A DNA stretch of 39,920 nucleotides, from positions 1 through 39,920 of IMG/VR virus record IMGVR_UViG_3300038797_000052; one strand, 5' to 3'. This DNA comes from a virus. Lineage: Duplodnaviria > Caudoviricetes. Made by a program: the position numbers and the translations under genes. The notes beneath the pieces were generated by a model that saw nothing but the letters and a program-made list of their open reading frames with translations, was not told the DNA's origin and did not search any database. The first letter of the stretch is position 1; every line of letters begins with the position of its first letter. Below, piece after piece: positions 25,174-33,573 of this stretch.

Positions 25174-25552
25174 TCCGTCTGTTGCTCTGCAGGAAGCGGT
25201 GTTTGCCAGGCTCGAAGCTGAGGTTTCATGCCCGGTCTACGACGGTGCGCCGATGGACACTGATATGCCGTATGTCTCGATCGACCGCGAGATCTCGACC
25301 AACACTTCTCCGATCGCCGGCCGAAAGCGCGAGCAAAGACTGATCTACCTTTCGGTCTGGTCAGACGCTCATGGCCAGGCCGAGGTGAAGCGCATCATTG
25401 GCGAGGTTGTAGCAGCCCTTGATGAGCGCCGCCTGCCGTTGACCGTCGGCCGCGCTGTATCGGTCCGGATCGAACAAGCTGATGCCCAGCGAGATGCTGA
25501 CGGCGTCACGTACCAGGGATCGATCACGGTCCGCGTCATCACCACCCATTAA
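25166..25552 (+). CDS. Tail terminator (DUF3168-like)
   Basis: LQEAVFARL...VYD...PYV...VWS pattern; position before the tail tube gene. Confidence 0.85.
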   Translation: MSDPSVALQEAVFARLEAEVSCPVYDGAPMDTDMPYVSIDREISTNTSPIAGRKREQRLIYLSVWSDAHGQAEVKRIIGEVVAALDERRLPLTVGRAVSVRIEQADAQRDADGVTYQGSITVRVITTH

Positions 25553-25606
25553 ACCCAACACCGGCCGCACCGCGGCTTTATCCAATGTGCCTTTGGAGGA
25601 TTACCC

Positions 25607-26107
25607 ATGGCCGATGACAACCTCAACACAGCCGCCGGCTGCCGATTCTCGCTGGGCACCAAGTCCGGCGCCACAACCGAAACGGACTACAAAGCTGACA
25701 CCTACGTCGAAGTGGGCGAGATCGAAGACCTCGGCGAGTTCGGCGACACCTTCAGCTCGGTGACCTTCACCTCGCTGCGCGACGGTCGGGTGCGCAAGTA
25801 CAAGGGCACCGCGGACGCCGGCGACATGACGCTGACCGTCGGCCTCGACAATGGCGACGCCGGCCAGGCCGCGCTGAAGGTCGCGCACAAGGACCGCAGC
25901 AAGGGCGATTACAACATCAAGATCACCCTGAACGACGGTGACCCTGACGCAACACCAGCGGTGCTGCCGACCACCTTCTACATGCGCGGCAAGGTCATGA
26001 ACAACACCGTCGCCGCTGGCGCCGCTGACAACGTGGTTCGCCGCAACGTCACGATCGGCATCAACTCCGACATCCTCGAAATCCTCCCGGCCGCCGTTGC
26101 GCCGTAA
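25607..26107 (+). CDS. Major tail (tube) protein
   Basis: VGEIEDLGEFG...RVRKYKGTADAG; strong codon bias; GGAGG RBS. Confidence 0.88.
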   Translation: MADDNLNTAAGCRFSLGTKSGATTETDYKADTYVEVGEIEDLGEFGDTFSSVTFTSLRDGRVRKYKGTADAGDMTLTVGLDNGDAGQAALKVAHKDRSKGDYNIKITLNDGDPDATPAVLPTTFYMRGKVMNNTVAAGAADNVVRRNVTIGINSDILEILPAAVAP

Positions 26108-26146
26108 TCTGAGGGGCTTCGGCCCCGCTTCCCAAGGATCTGACGC

Positions 26147-26476
26147 ATGAGCAAAACCCTCTACGGTACCGTCGACGTTGTGCTGGATGGTGAGACCTAC
26201 ACACTGAAACCCACGCTCGAGGCCGTTCGCGCGATCGAGGCGCACTTCGGCGGCCTGCGCGGCGCGTCCCAGGCAATCAACGCGCTGAGTGTCGACGGCT
26301 GTGCGGTGATCATCGCCGGCGGCGCTGGCTTGAAAGGCAAGGATGCCGAGGCTGTCGCCGAACAGGTCTGGCAGGCCGGCGTTCTGGAAGTATCTGTGCA
26401 ACTCAACGCTTACCTGGTGGCGCTGTACAACCCGCGCGGTACTGCTCCGGGAAAGGAGAAGCCGGCGGCGGCGTAA
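26147..26476 (+). CDS. Tail assembly chaperone G
   Basis: Between the tube and tape measure genes; slippery site near its end. Confidence 0.85.
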   Translation: MSKTLYGTVDVVLDGETYTLKPTLEAVRAIEAHFGGLRGASQAINALSVDGCAVIIAGGAGLKGKDAEAVAEQVWQAGVLEVSVQLNAYLVALYNPRGTAPGKEKPAAA

Positions 26477-26724
26477 GTGCTGTCGAGGATGGCAGCTACG
26501 TCGACCGGCTGTATGCAGTAGCCACTGGCTGGCTTGGCTGGTCGCCGGATCTGGCCTGGTGCACGCCCATGCCGGAGCTGTTCCTGGCCATGGACGCGAA
26601 GCTCGAATGGACGCAAATGACCAACCCCTTCGGCGGCAAGCCTGGCGGGAAGAAGGAGAAGCCGAAGCCATCGACCGTGGCGGCGAAGTTGCGACAGGCG
26701 CTGACGGGGCGGCAGGCTGCATAG
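26449..26724 (+). CDS. Tail chaperone GT extension reached by -1 frameshift at G GGA AAG
   Basis: GGGAAAG at 26449-26455 is in the correct phase; the -1 frame is open to TAG at 26724 (..DRLYAVATGWLGWSPDLAWCTPMPEL..). Confidence 0.85.
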   Translation, partial: GKGEAGGGVSAVEDGSYVDRLYAVATGWLGWSPDLAWCTPMPELFLAMDAKLEWTQMTNPFGGKPGGKKEKPKPSTVAAKLRQALTGRQAA

Positions 26725-26766
26725 CATTTTGATAATCTCCACCAATTACGGGCGAGGGATTGACGA

Positions 26767-27102
26767 ATGAAAAAACTGATAGCGATGGTTCCGATATTGC
26801 TTACGTTGGCTGCTTGTGGGCAGTCAGAGGCGGAAAAAGCCAGGCATAAAGCGGAGATGACCGAAATACGATATCAGCGAGTGGCAAGGGAGTTTGTGTC
26901 AGGGGTTTTGAAGGATCCTGACAGCGCGCAGTTTCGTAATCAGCGTGGCTTTTGCGGTGAAGTGAATTCGAAGAATTCGTTCGGAGGTTATGCAGGTTTC
27001 AGAAGATTTATCGCCGCAACCAAAGAAATGGTTGTTTTCGAGAACGACAACCGCATGAGTTCAAGTGAATTTGAGGCGGCTTGGTCGAAGCTTTGTCATT
27101 AG
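26767..27102 (+). CDS. Moron lipoprotein
   Basis: Lipobox LAAC; LKDPDSAQFRN...CGEVNSKNSFGGYAGF; AT-richer; own terminator. Confidence 0.85.
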   Translation: MKKLIAMVPILLTLAACGQSEAEKARHKAEMTEIRYQRVAREFVSGVLKDPDSAQFRNQRGFCGEVNSKNSFGGYAGFRRFIAATKEMVVFENDNRMSSSEFEAAWSKLCH

Positions 27103-27118
27103 TGTTATCAACTTTACC

Positions 27119-27140
27119 ACCCGCTCCGGCGGGTTTTTTT
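27119..27140 (+). terminator. Terminator after the lipoprotein moron
   Basis: ACCCGC/GCGGGT stem followed by a T-tract. Confidence 0.8.
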
Positions 27141-27156
27141 ATGTCTGGAGAAAAGC

Positions 27157-30100
27157 ATGGCCGATAGCGACGTTCATGGGATGCTCGTCCGCATCGAGGC
27201 GACCACTGCCCAGTTGCGTCAGGAAATGGCGCGCGCGGATTCCAGCGTTGCTCAGGCGTCGGGCAAGATCGATAAAAGTCTGGGCCGCATTGATGAGGCT
27301 TTCGATCGGGCTGGCGAGCGGGCCCAACATGCTTCCGGAATGATAAAGACCGCGCTGGCGACAGCTATCGGGGCTGCGGGTATTGGGAAGATAATCGAGG
27401 CAGCCGATTCATACGGTCAGATGTCTGACCGTATCGGCATGGCTACCAGTAGCGTGGCCGAGTATGAGCTCGTCCAGCAGCGGCTGATGGAAACTGCCAA
27501 GCGCACATATCGTCCGCTGGCTGAAGCTCAAGAGCTTTACATCCGAACTTCAGACAGCCTGAAGTCGATGGGTTACAGCACCAGCCAAGCGCTGGACGTG
27601 ATGGACAGCTTTAGTTTCCTTTTGGTGACCAACTCAGCTTCGGCTGATAAAGCCAGTTCAGCCATCGATGCTTATTCAAAAGCGCTACAGACGGGCAAGG
27701 TGGAGGCTGACGGCTGGCAGTCTATCTTGGCAGCTATGCCCACTGTGGTCGACACGATCGGGAAGTCCACTGGCAAAACATCGGAGGAAATCCGTAGTCT
27801 TGGAGCGCAGGGGAAACTCAGTCTAGACATTCTCACGACAGGCCTTCAAAAGTCTGCAGAGGCCAACGGCATCCTTGCCGATGGAATGAGCGTCGCGGTG
27901 CGCGATGCAGTGCAGAATCTGCAAAATGCGTTCACTTCCTACGTTGGAAAATTAAACGAGACAACAGACGCAACTGGCATTCTGGCCAGTGGTATAGGGG
28001 TAATTGGAGAAAACTTCGAAACCCTCGCGGAGGTCGCGATCCTTGCTGCCATCGGTGCGCTGGCGGGATATGGCAGGGCTGCAGTTGGTAACGCAGCGGT
28101 GGCTGTCAAATCAGCGATCCAGGATGCCGCCGCGCGAAGAGCGCAGGCGGCGTCTGTATTGTTGGTCGCTCAAGCTGAGCAGCAGAAAGCGCAGACGACC
28201 GTATTTTTGGCGGAGAAAGAAGCGCTCGCCGCTCGCGGTACTGCTGTTCAAACTCAGATGTCACTGCAACTGGCTGAGGCTCGTGCCGTCGAAGCCCGCG
28301 CAACTAACGCGGTCGCTATCGCCCAAGCTGGAGTTCGAAGCGCATCGACGACACTGCTCGGCGTGCTCGGCGGTCCGGCTGGCGTAGCGATGCTGGCAAT
28401 TGGCGCAGCTACTGCGTTCCTGACTCTGCGTGACAACACAGGTTTCCTTGAGAAAAAGCTTGGCGATCTCTCGGCACCACTTGACGTTCTGATCAAGAAG
28501 TTTAACGAGCTCGGGCGAGCGACCCAGGCGGTTACGCTGCGCGAGCTTCGGTCTGAAATCGAAGAGACCCAGCGCAAGGTCGAAGAGTCTGCCGGTGCGA
28601 TCGCAGACAAGTTTGAAAATAGTTTGCGGGGAGCTGGTGCCGCTGGACCAGACGCGGGACTTGCCGCCGGGTTCGTCGACCTGCCAAAAGATGCACAGGC
28701 TGCACTTGATATCGTCAAGAAGGCGTCCAAAGACTCCGCGGCAGGCATCGCTGTTGACTGGTCCGAAGTAGCGAACAAGGTTCGTGCGTTCCCGAATGTC
28801 GTTTCCGAATCAATGGCGCAGGGGATCGAGGAAAGCGCTGGCAACGTAGAGGAACTGACGGCGGCGCTTTCCTCAAGCCAGGCTGCACTCTCTGCGTTCT
28901 CGGCGGAGAACAACAAGTCAGCCGATGGGCTTGGCCGCAACGCAGCAGCCGCGGCTGAGGCCACTGCTGCCGGCGAAAAGTATCTTGAACAGCTCGACAA
29001 ACAGCTGGCTACGCTGCAAGACAAGACGGCGGCTCAGGCGGCTGAGCGGGTCATTCTCAAAGATAATATTGACACTCAGAGCGCCCTAGCTGCCTCCATC
29101 CGTGCGCGCGCGAAAGCTGTTGATGATCAAAAGGCCGCAGACGATGCCGCTGCCAAAGCATCGCGCAAGAACGCAGGAGCGTCCGAGTCTGCCGCGAAGC
29201 AGCAGCTCAAGGACTTTCAATCCGCCGAGGAAGGCTACAAGCGTCAGATCGAGCTGATCAACACCACCGGTGACAAGCAGAAGGACGCCACCGAGGTTCA
29301 GAAACTTTCGTTCGAACTCCAGGAAGGAAAGCTGGGCAAGCTCAGCGAAGCGCAAAAGAAGCGGCTGATGGGGATGGCCGCCGAGCTCGACGCGCTGAAC
29401 AAGCTGAAGAAGGCCAACGAAGATGACCTGAAGCTGACGGCGTTCAAGAACGCGCAGGCGCTGACCACCCAAACAACGAAGGACGGTTTCGACCAGGAAC
29501 TGGCCGGCGTTGGTATGGGCGAAAAGGCGCGCGATCGGATGCGCGCAGACCTGGCCATGCGTCAGAAGTACGCCGCCGACGTGGCTGCGCTGAACGAGCA
29601 ACGCAACACCGGGCAGCTTGCGCCGGATCTGTATGCCAAGCAAACGCAGGTTCTGCAGGATGAGCTGAACAAAAGGCTGCTTGCTCAGGAAGCCTTCTAC
29701 GCGTCCACCGATGAGCAGCAAGCGAACTGGATGAATGGCGTCAACGAGGCCTGGGCGAACTACGCGGACGCGGCCAGGAACTACTCGCAGATCGCTGCCG
29801 ATGTGACCTCGACCGCGCTGAACACTGGCACCAGTGAGCTGGGCACCTTCTTCGCCGATGTGGCGAGCGGTGCTGAGGATGCCGGCGATGCGCTGGGGGA
29901 TATGGTCGGCAACTTCGCGAAGTCGATGCTGAAGGCGCTGGGTGACATGGCGGCGCAGTGGCTGATTTACCAGGGCGTGCAAATGCTTGTCGGTAAAACC
30001 ACGCAGGCGAGTGCCGCAGGCACGCTCGGCGCGAACGCCGCGGCTATGTCGTTGCAGGCGGGGTTGAATGCTTACGCCGCGACAGCCGCAATCCCGATCA

Positions 30101-30564
30101 TCGGCCCGGCCGCTGCGCCGGCGGCGATGGCTACGGCTCTGACAGTAACGGGTCCGCTTGCTTCCGCCGTTGGCATGACCGCAATGGCTGGCGCTGGCTT
30201 CATGGAGGGCGGCTACACCGGTGACGGTCGTCGAGATGAGATCGCCGGCCCGGTTCACCGTGGCGAATACGTGTTCAACGCAGACGCGACAGCGCGTATT
30301 GGAGTGGGCACCCTGGAAGCGTTGAGCAACGGGAAGGCCGCTTTGGTCGGGCAATCCGGATCGAGCGCCGGTAGTGGTTCGCCAGCGTCGGCGCCGGCGC
30401 CCATCATTTTCAACGCGCCAGTGACCGTTCAGGCTCAGCCAGGCATGAGCAATCAGGAAGCACAGGCGCAGGGCGATTCGATTGGTGCTGCGCTTGAGGC
30501 TCGGATGGGACAGTTTCTTGATCGGGAGATGCGCCAAGGCGGGCGACTCTGGAGGCGAGGCTGA
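27157..30564 (+). CDS. Tape measure protein
   Basis: 1135 aa, Ala-rich; C-terminal GGYTGDG...AGPVHRGEYV. Confidence 0.95.
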   Translation: MADSDVHGMLVRIEATTAQLRQEMARADSSVAQASGKIDKSLGRIDEAFDRAGERAQHASGMIKTALATAIGAAGIGKIIEAADSYGQMSDRIGMATSSVAEYELVQQRLMETAKRTYRPLAEAQELYIRTSDSLKSMGYSTSQALDVMDSFSFLLVTNSASADKASSAIDAYSKALQTGKVEADGWQSILAAMPTVVDTIGKSTGKTSEEIRSLGAQGKLSLDILTTGLQKSAEANGILADGMSVAVRDAVQNLQNAFTSYVGKLNETTDATGILASGIGVIGENFETLAEVAILAAIGALAGYGRAAVGNAAVAVKSAIQDAAARRAQAASVLLVAQAEQQKAQTTVFLAEKEALAARGTAVQTQMSLQLAEARAVEARATNAVAIAQAGVRSASTTLLGVLGGPAGVAMLAIGAATAFLTLRDNTGFLEKKLGDLSAPLDVLIKKFNELGRATQAVTLRELRSEIEETQRKVEESAGAIADKFENSLRGAGAAGPDAGLAAGFVDLPKDAQAALDIVKKASKDSAAGIAVDWSEVANKVRAFPNVVSESMAQGIEESAGNVEELTAALSSSQAALSAFSAENNKSADGLGRNAAAAAEATAAGEKYLEQLDKQLATLQDKTAAQAAERVILKDNIDTQSALAASIRARAKAVDDQKAADDAAAKASRKNAGASESAAKQQLKDFQSAEEGYKRQIELINTTGDKQKDATEVQKLSFELQEGKLGKLSEAQKKRLMGMAAELDALNKLKKANEDDLKLTAFKNAQALTTQTTKDGFDQELAGVGMGEKARDRMRADLAMRQKYAADVAALNEQRNTGQLAPDLYAKQTQVLQDELNKRLLAQEAFYASTDEQQANWMNGVNEAWANYADAARNYSQIAADVTSTALNTGTSELGTFFADVASGAEDAGDALGDMVGNFAKSMLKALGDMAAQWLIYQGVQMLVGKTTQASAAGTLGANAAAMSLQAGLNAYAATAAIPIIGPAAAPAAMATALTVTGPLASAVGMTAMAGAGFMEGGYTGDGRRDEIAGPVHRGEYVFNADATARIGVGTLEALSNGKAALVGQSGSSAGSGSPASAPAPIIFNAPVTVQAQPGMSNQEAQAQGDSIGAALEARMGQFLDREMRQGGRLWRRG

Positions 30565-30908
30565 TGGCGGAGGAATTTATCTACGATGTTGAAGTGGGCG
30601 CCGACGGTGACGTCTCCCAGCGGACTTGGGAAAACGAGTTTGGCGACGGTTACGTGCAGGCTGGCGGCATCGGCATCAACACGAAAAGCCAGGTCTGGAA
30701 TCTCACGCACACCGGCTCGATGGAGCAGGGGGAGGAGCTGCCGCTGATCTGGGCGTTCCTCGATCGGCATGAAGGCTACAAGTCTTTCCTCTGGACGCCA
30801 CCAGGTGGCGTGCGTGGGCGGTACCGATGCAACGGATACAAACCCCGCTCTGTTGGCCCCGGATTATTCACTCTCACTTTCGCCTTCAAGCAGGTCTACA
30901 CCCCCTGA
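30564..30908 (+). CDS. Minor tail protein M-like (distal tail)
   Basis: FGDGYVQ...GIN...FLDRHEGYKSFLWTPP. Confidence 0.9.
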   Translation: MAEEFIYDVEVGADGDVSQRTWENEFGDGYVQAGGIGINTKSQVWNLTHTGSMEQGEELPLIWAFLDRHEGYKSFLWTPPGGVRGRYRCNGYKPRSVGPGLFTLTFAFKQVYTP

Positions 30909-30962
30909 CTGAAAGCAATGACTGACCCCGCCCCGTGCGGGGTTTGTTGTTTCTGGAGTCCC

Positions 30963-31664
30963 ATGAATTACAACGCCGATATTCAAAAGCTCGAGCCGGG
31001 CAACCAGATCCGGCTGTTCGAGCTCGACGCTACACGCCTGGGCGCCAACCTCTGGCGGTTCCACGGTCATGCACAGGAAGGCGACATTGTCTGGCAGGGG
31101 CAGCTCTACTCGCCGCTGCAGATTACGGCCAAAGGTTTCGATATTCGTGGGGACGGGCGGCCCGCGGCGCCGACGTTACAAATCGCCAACGAGCTCGGCG
31201 GAGTACGCGGCGCAATCACTGCGCTGTGCTTGCAATTCCGCGACCTGGCCGGCGCGAAGTTCACGGTCATCGAAACCTTCCGCCATTACCTGGACGCCGC
31301 CAACTTTCCCGACGGCAACCCCACGGCAAGCAATCAGAGCCGGAAAAACATCTGGTACATCGAGCAGAAGACGGAGGAGACGCTCGACTCTCTGACGTTC
31401 TCGATGTCCAGTCCTACCGACATGGAAGGGCAGATGTTGCCATCCCAACAGATCACCAAGCTTTGCCGGTGGGCGTGCCGTGGTGGTTACCGCGGCGAGG
31501 CCTGCGCCTACACCGGTGCCGCGATGTTCACCAAGAAAAACGAACCCACCGACAACCCCGCGCTCGACCAGTGCGGCGGTTGGTGGAGCAGCTGCAAGCT
31601 GCGTGGCAACACGCGCCGTTTCGGCGGCTCCATGGGTGCAAGCCTTATCGCAAGTTCGAGGTAA
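30963..31664 (+). CDS. Minor tail protein L
   Basis: GGAG before ATG 30963; C-terminal Cys cluster CRW...CAY...DQC...SC. Confidence 0.9.
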   Translation: MNYNADIQKLEPGNQIRLFELDATRLGANLWRFHGHAQEGDIVWQGQLYSPLQITAKGFDIRGDGRPAAPTLQIANELGGVRGAITALCLQFRDLAGAKFTVIETFRHYLDAANFPDGNPTASNQSRKNIWYIEQKTEETLDSLTFSMSSPTDMEGQMLPSQQITKLCRWACRGGYRGEACAYTGAAMFTKKNEPTDNPALDQCGGWWSSCKLRGNTRRFGGSMGASLIASSR

Positions 31665-31667
31665 CCA

Positions 31668-32450
31668 ATGCGCATCAATCAAAAGCTGCAGGACGAAATC
31701 CGCGCCCATGCGGAGCGCGCTTACCCGGGCGAGGCCTGCGGGCTGCTGGTGAAAATCTCGACCGGTCGCCAGTACGTGCCGTGCACGAATCGCGCGAAGT
31801 CGGATCGGGAGAATTTCCAGATCGACGAGCGCGACCAGGCTGCCGCCGAGGACTTGGGCGAGGTGCTGGCCATCATCCATAGCCACCCAGACAAGGCGCC
31901 CATGCCGAGCATGGCGGACCGGGTCAGCTGTGAGCTGCACGAACTGCCGTGGGGCATCGTCGGCTGGCCGGGCGGGGAGTTCGAATGGTTCAAGCCGTCG
32001 GGCTTCGAAGCGCCGTTGCTGGGCCGCGATTTCTCCCACGGCCTTCTGGACTGTTGGGGCGCCTGCCGCGATTGGTATGCGCGCGAGGGCGGATTGCAGC
32101 TTCCGAATTTCGAACGCCACGACCTTTGGTGGGAAGACGAGAACGGGCCGAGCCTGTACGAGGACAACTTCAAGGCCGCAGGCTTTTACGAAGTTGAAGA
32201 GGCGCGGCGCGGCGACATGCTGGTGCTGCAGATGCCGACGATCGGGCGACCGTGTTTCCACCCTAACCATGCTGCCATCTATCTTGGTGACAACCCGCAC
32301 TTTGCCAGCGAGCAAGCGCCGGCGCTCGGCGGATCAGGGCCATTTATTTATCACCACATGCCTGGCCGGCTCTCCAGCCGAGAGGTTTACGGGTGGTCCA
32401 TGGCCAACCGCGTAAAACTGATCCTGAGGCACAGGGACTACCGACCATGA
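31668..32450 (+). CDS. Tail assembly protein K (JAB plus NlpC/P60)
   Basis: EACG, HSHP...SMAD, DCW and NHAAIY motifs. Confidence 0.92.
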   Translation: MRINQKLQDEIRAHAERAYPGEACGLLVKISTGRQYVPCTNRAKSDRENFQIDERDQAAAEDLGEVLAIIHSHPDKAPMPSMADRVSCELHELPWGIVGWPGGEFEWFKPSGFEAPLLGRDFSHGLLDCWGACRDWYAREGGLQLPNFERHDLWWEDENGPSLYEDNFKAAGFYEVEEARRGDMLVLQMPTIGRPCFHPNHAAIYLGDNPHFASEQAPALGGSGPFIYHHMPGRLSSREVYGWSMANRVKLILRHRDYRP

Positions 32451-33034
32451 CCATGACGACCATCAAACTCGGCGGCGTTCTGGGCAAGCGTTTCGGCCGC
32501 GAGTACCGGCTGGATCTCTTCGGGTTCCGGGACGCGATGAGCGCGCTCTGCCAAATGAAGCCGGGGTTCGAGAAGTTTCTGCGCACCGCCGAGGAGCGAG
32601 GGCTGGTGTTTGCCGTGTTCCTCGACGAACGAAACATTGGCGAAGAGGAGCTCGACTTGCGCGGTGCTGGCGCCAAAGTGATCCGCATCATGCCGATCAT
32701 TCAGGGCAGCAAGTCGGCCGGAGTGTTCCAGACGATCTTGGGTGTGGCGCTGATCGTGGCCGGCCTGTTCACCGGCGGCACCACTTCGGCACTTGGCATG
32801 GGGCTGCTCGCCACCGGTGCTGCGGTTGGCCTGGGTGGCGTGGTGCAGATGCTGTCGCCGACGACCAAAGCCAACACCGCCGACAAGAACGAAGACGGCA
32901 ACAATCCAAGCTATGGCTTCGGCTCGGCGGTGACCACGATCGCCCAGGGGAATCCTTATCCGCTGCTCTACGGCGAGCGTGAGATCGGCGGCGCCGTTGA
33001 GTCCGGGGGCATTTACACCCAGGACATTCTTTGA
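32447..33034 (+). CDS. Tail assembly protein I
   Basis: IKLGGVLGKRFGR...QGNPYPLLYGEREIGG. Confidence 0.92.
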   Translation: MTMTTIKLGGVLGKRFGREYRLDLFGFRDAMSALCQMKPGFEKFLRTAEERGLVFAVFLDERNIGEEELDLRGAGAKVIRIMPIIQGSKSAGVFQTILGVALIVAGLFTGGTTSALGMGLLATGAAVGLGGVVQMLSPTTKANTADKNEDGNNPSYGFGSAVTTIAQGNPYPLLYGEREIGGAVESGGIYTQDIL

Positions 33035-33052
33035 ACTGTCATTCAGTTTTGT

Positions 33053-33436
33053 TCAGGGCGGTGTTGGCTTGGAAGATTGTGTCGAAGTCGAATTAGCCAT
33101 CGCATCAGCCGGGCTTTCGGGTGTCTGTGCGGGTTTTGGAATTGGCGTAGTGGATTTGACTACCCCTTTCCAGGGCTTTACGACTTTCTCGGCAAGGGAT
33201 GATCTCGTTGTTACGGTCTCATTATTCTTGGAGTAAACAACCTCTTTTTCTCTTTCCTTGCGCAAACCTTCCTTTACAGAATGTGCCTGTTTTATTCCGG
33301 CCAACATTACTTTTGCTGTTTCTGGATTTGTGCAAATGCAGTGTACGTAGTCCAGTTCTTGCACCACCCAAACATCACTGCCGGCCAGTGGCTCCCCGTC
33401 TTTATCAGTGGGGTGGATAAAAAATTCTACCGTCAT
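33053..33436 (-). CDS. Antisense moron protein (~127 aa, Pro/Ser/Thr-rich tail)
   Basis: AT-richer insert between I and J; AGGAG upstream. Start position uncertain. Confidence 0.6.
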   Translation of the reverse strand: MTVEFFIHPTDKDGEPLAGSDVWVVQELDYVHCICTNPETAKVMLAGIKQAHSVKEGLRKEREKEVVYSKNNETVTTRSSLAEKVVKPWKGVVKSTTPIPKPAQTPESPADAMANSTSTQSSKPTPP

Positions 33437-33536
33437 GGTGGCCACGCTCCTGTTCTTGGTCTGCCTGTATATCAAAGGGGCTGCTGAATCAAAAGCTGAT
33501 TCGGACTTCACTTAATTCAAGCATCAAGTACCACTC

Positions 33537-33557
33537 AACCCGCTTCGGCGGGTTTTT
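33537..33557. terminator. Hairpin terminator before J
   Basis: AACCCGC-TTCG-GCGGGTT followed by Ts. Confidence 0.75.
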
Positions 33558-33573
33558 GCATTATGGAGGGCGC

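Noticed and set aside
29086-30537. Long antisense ORFs over structural genes (also 22197-23132, 25601-26722, 31176-32315, 33535-34842)
   Set aside because: Expected antisense shadows of GC-rich, codon-biased genes.
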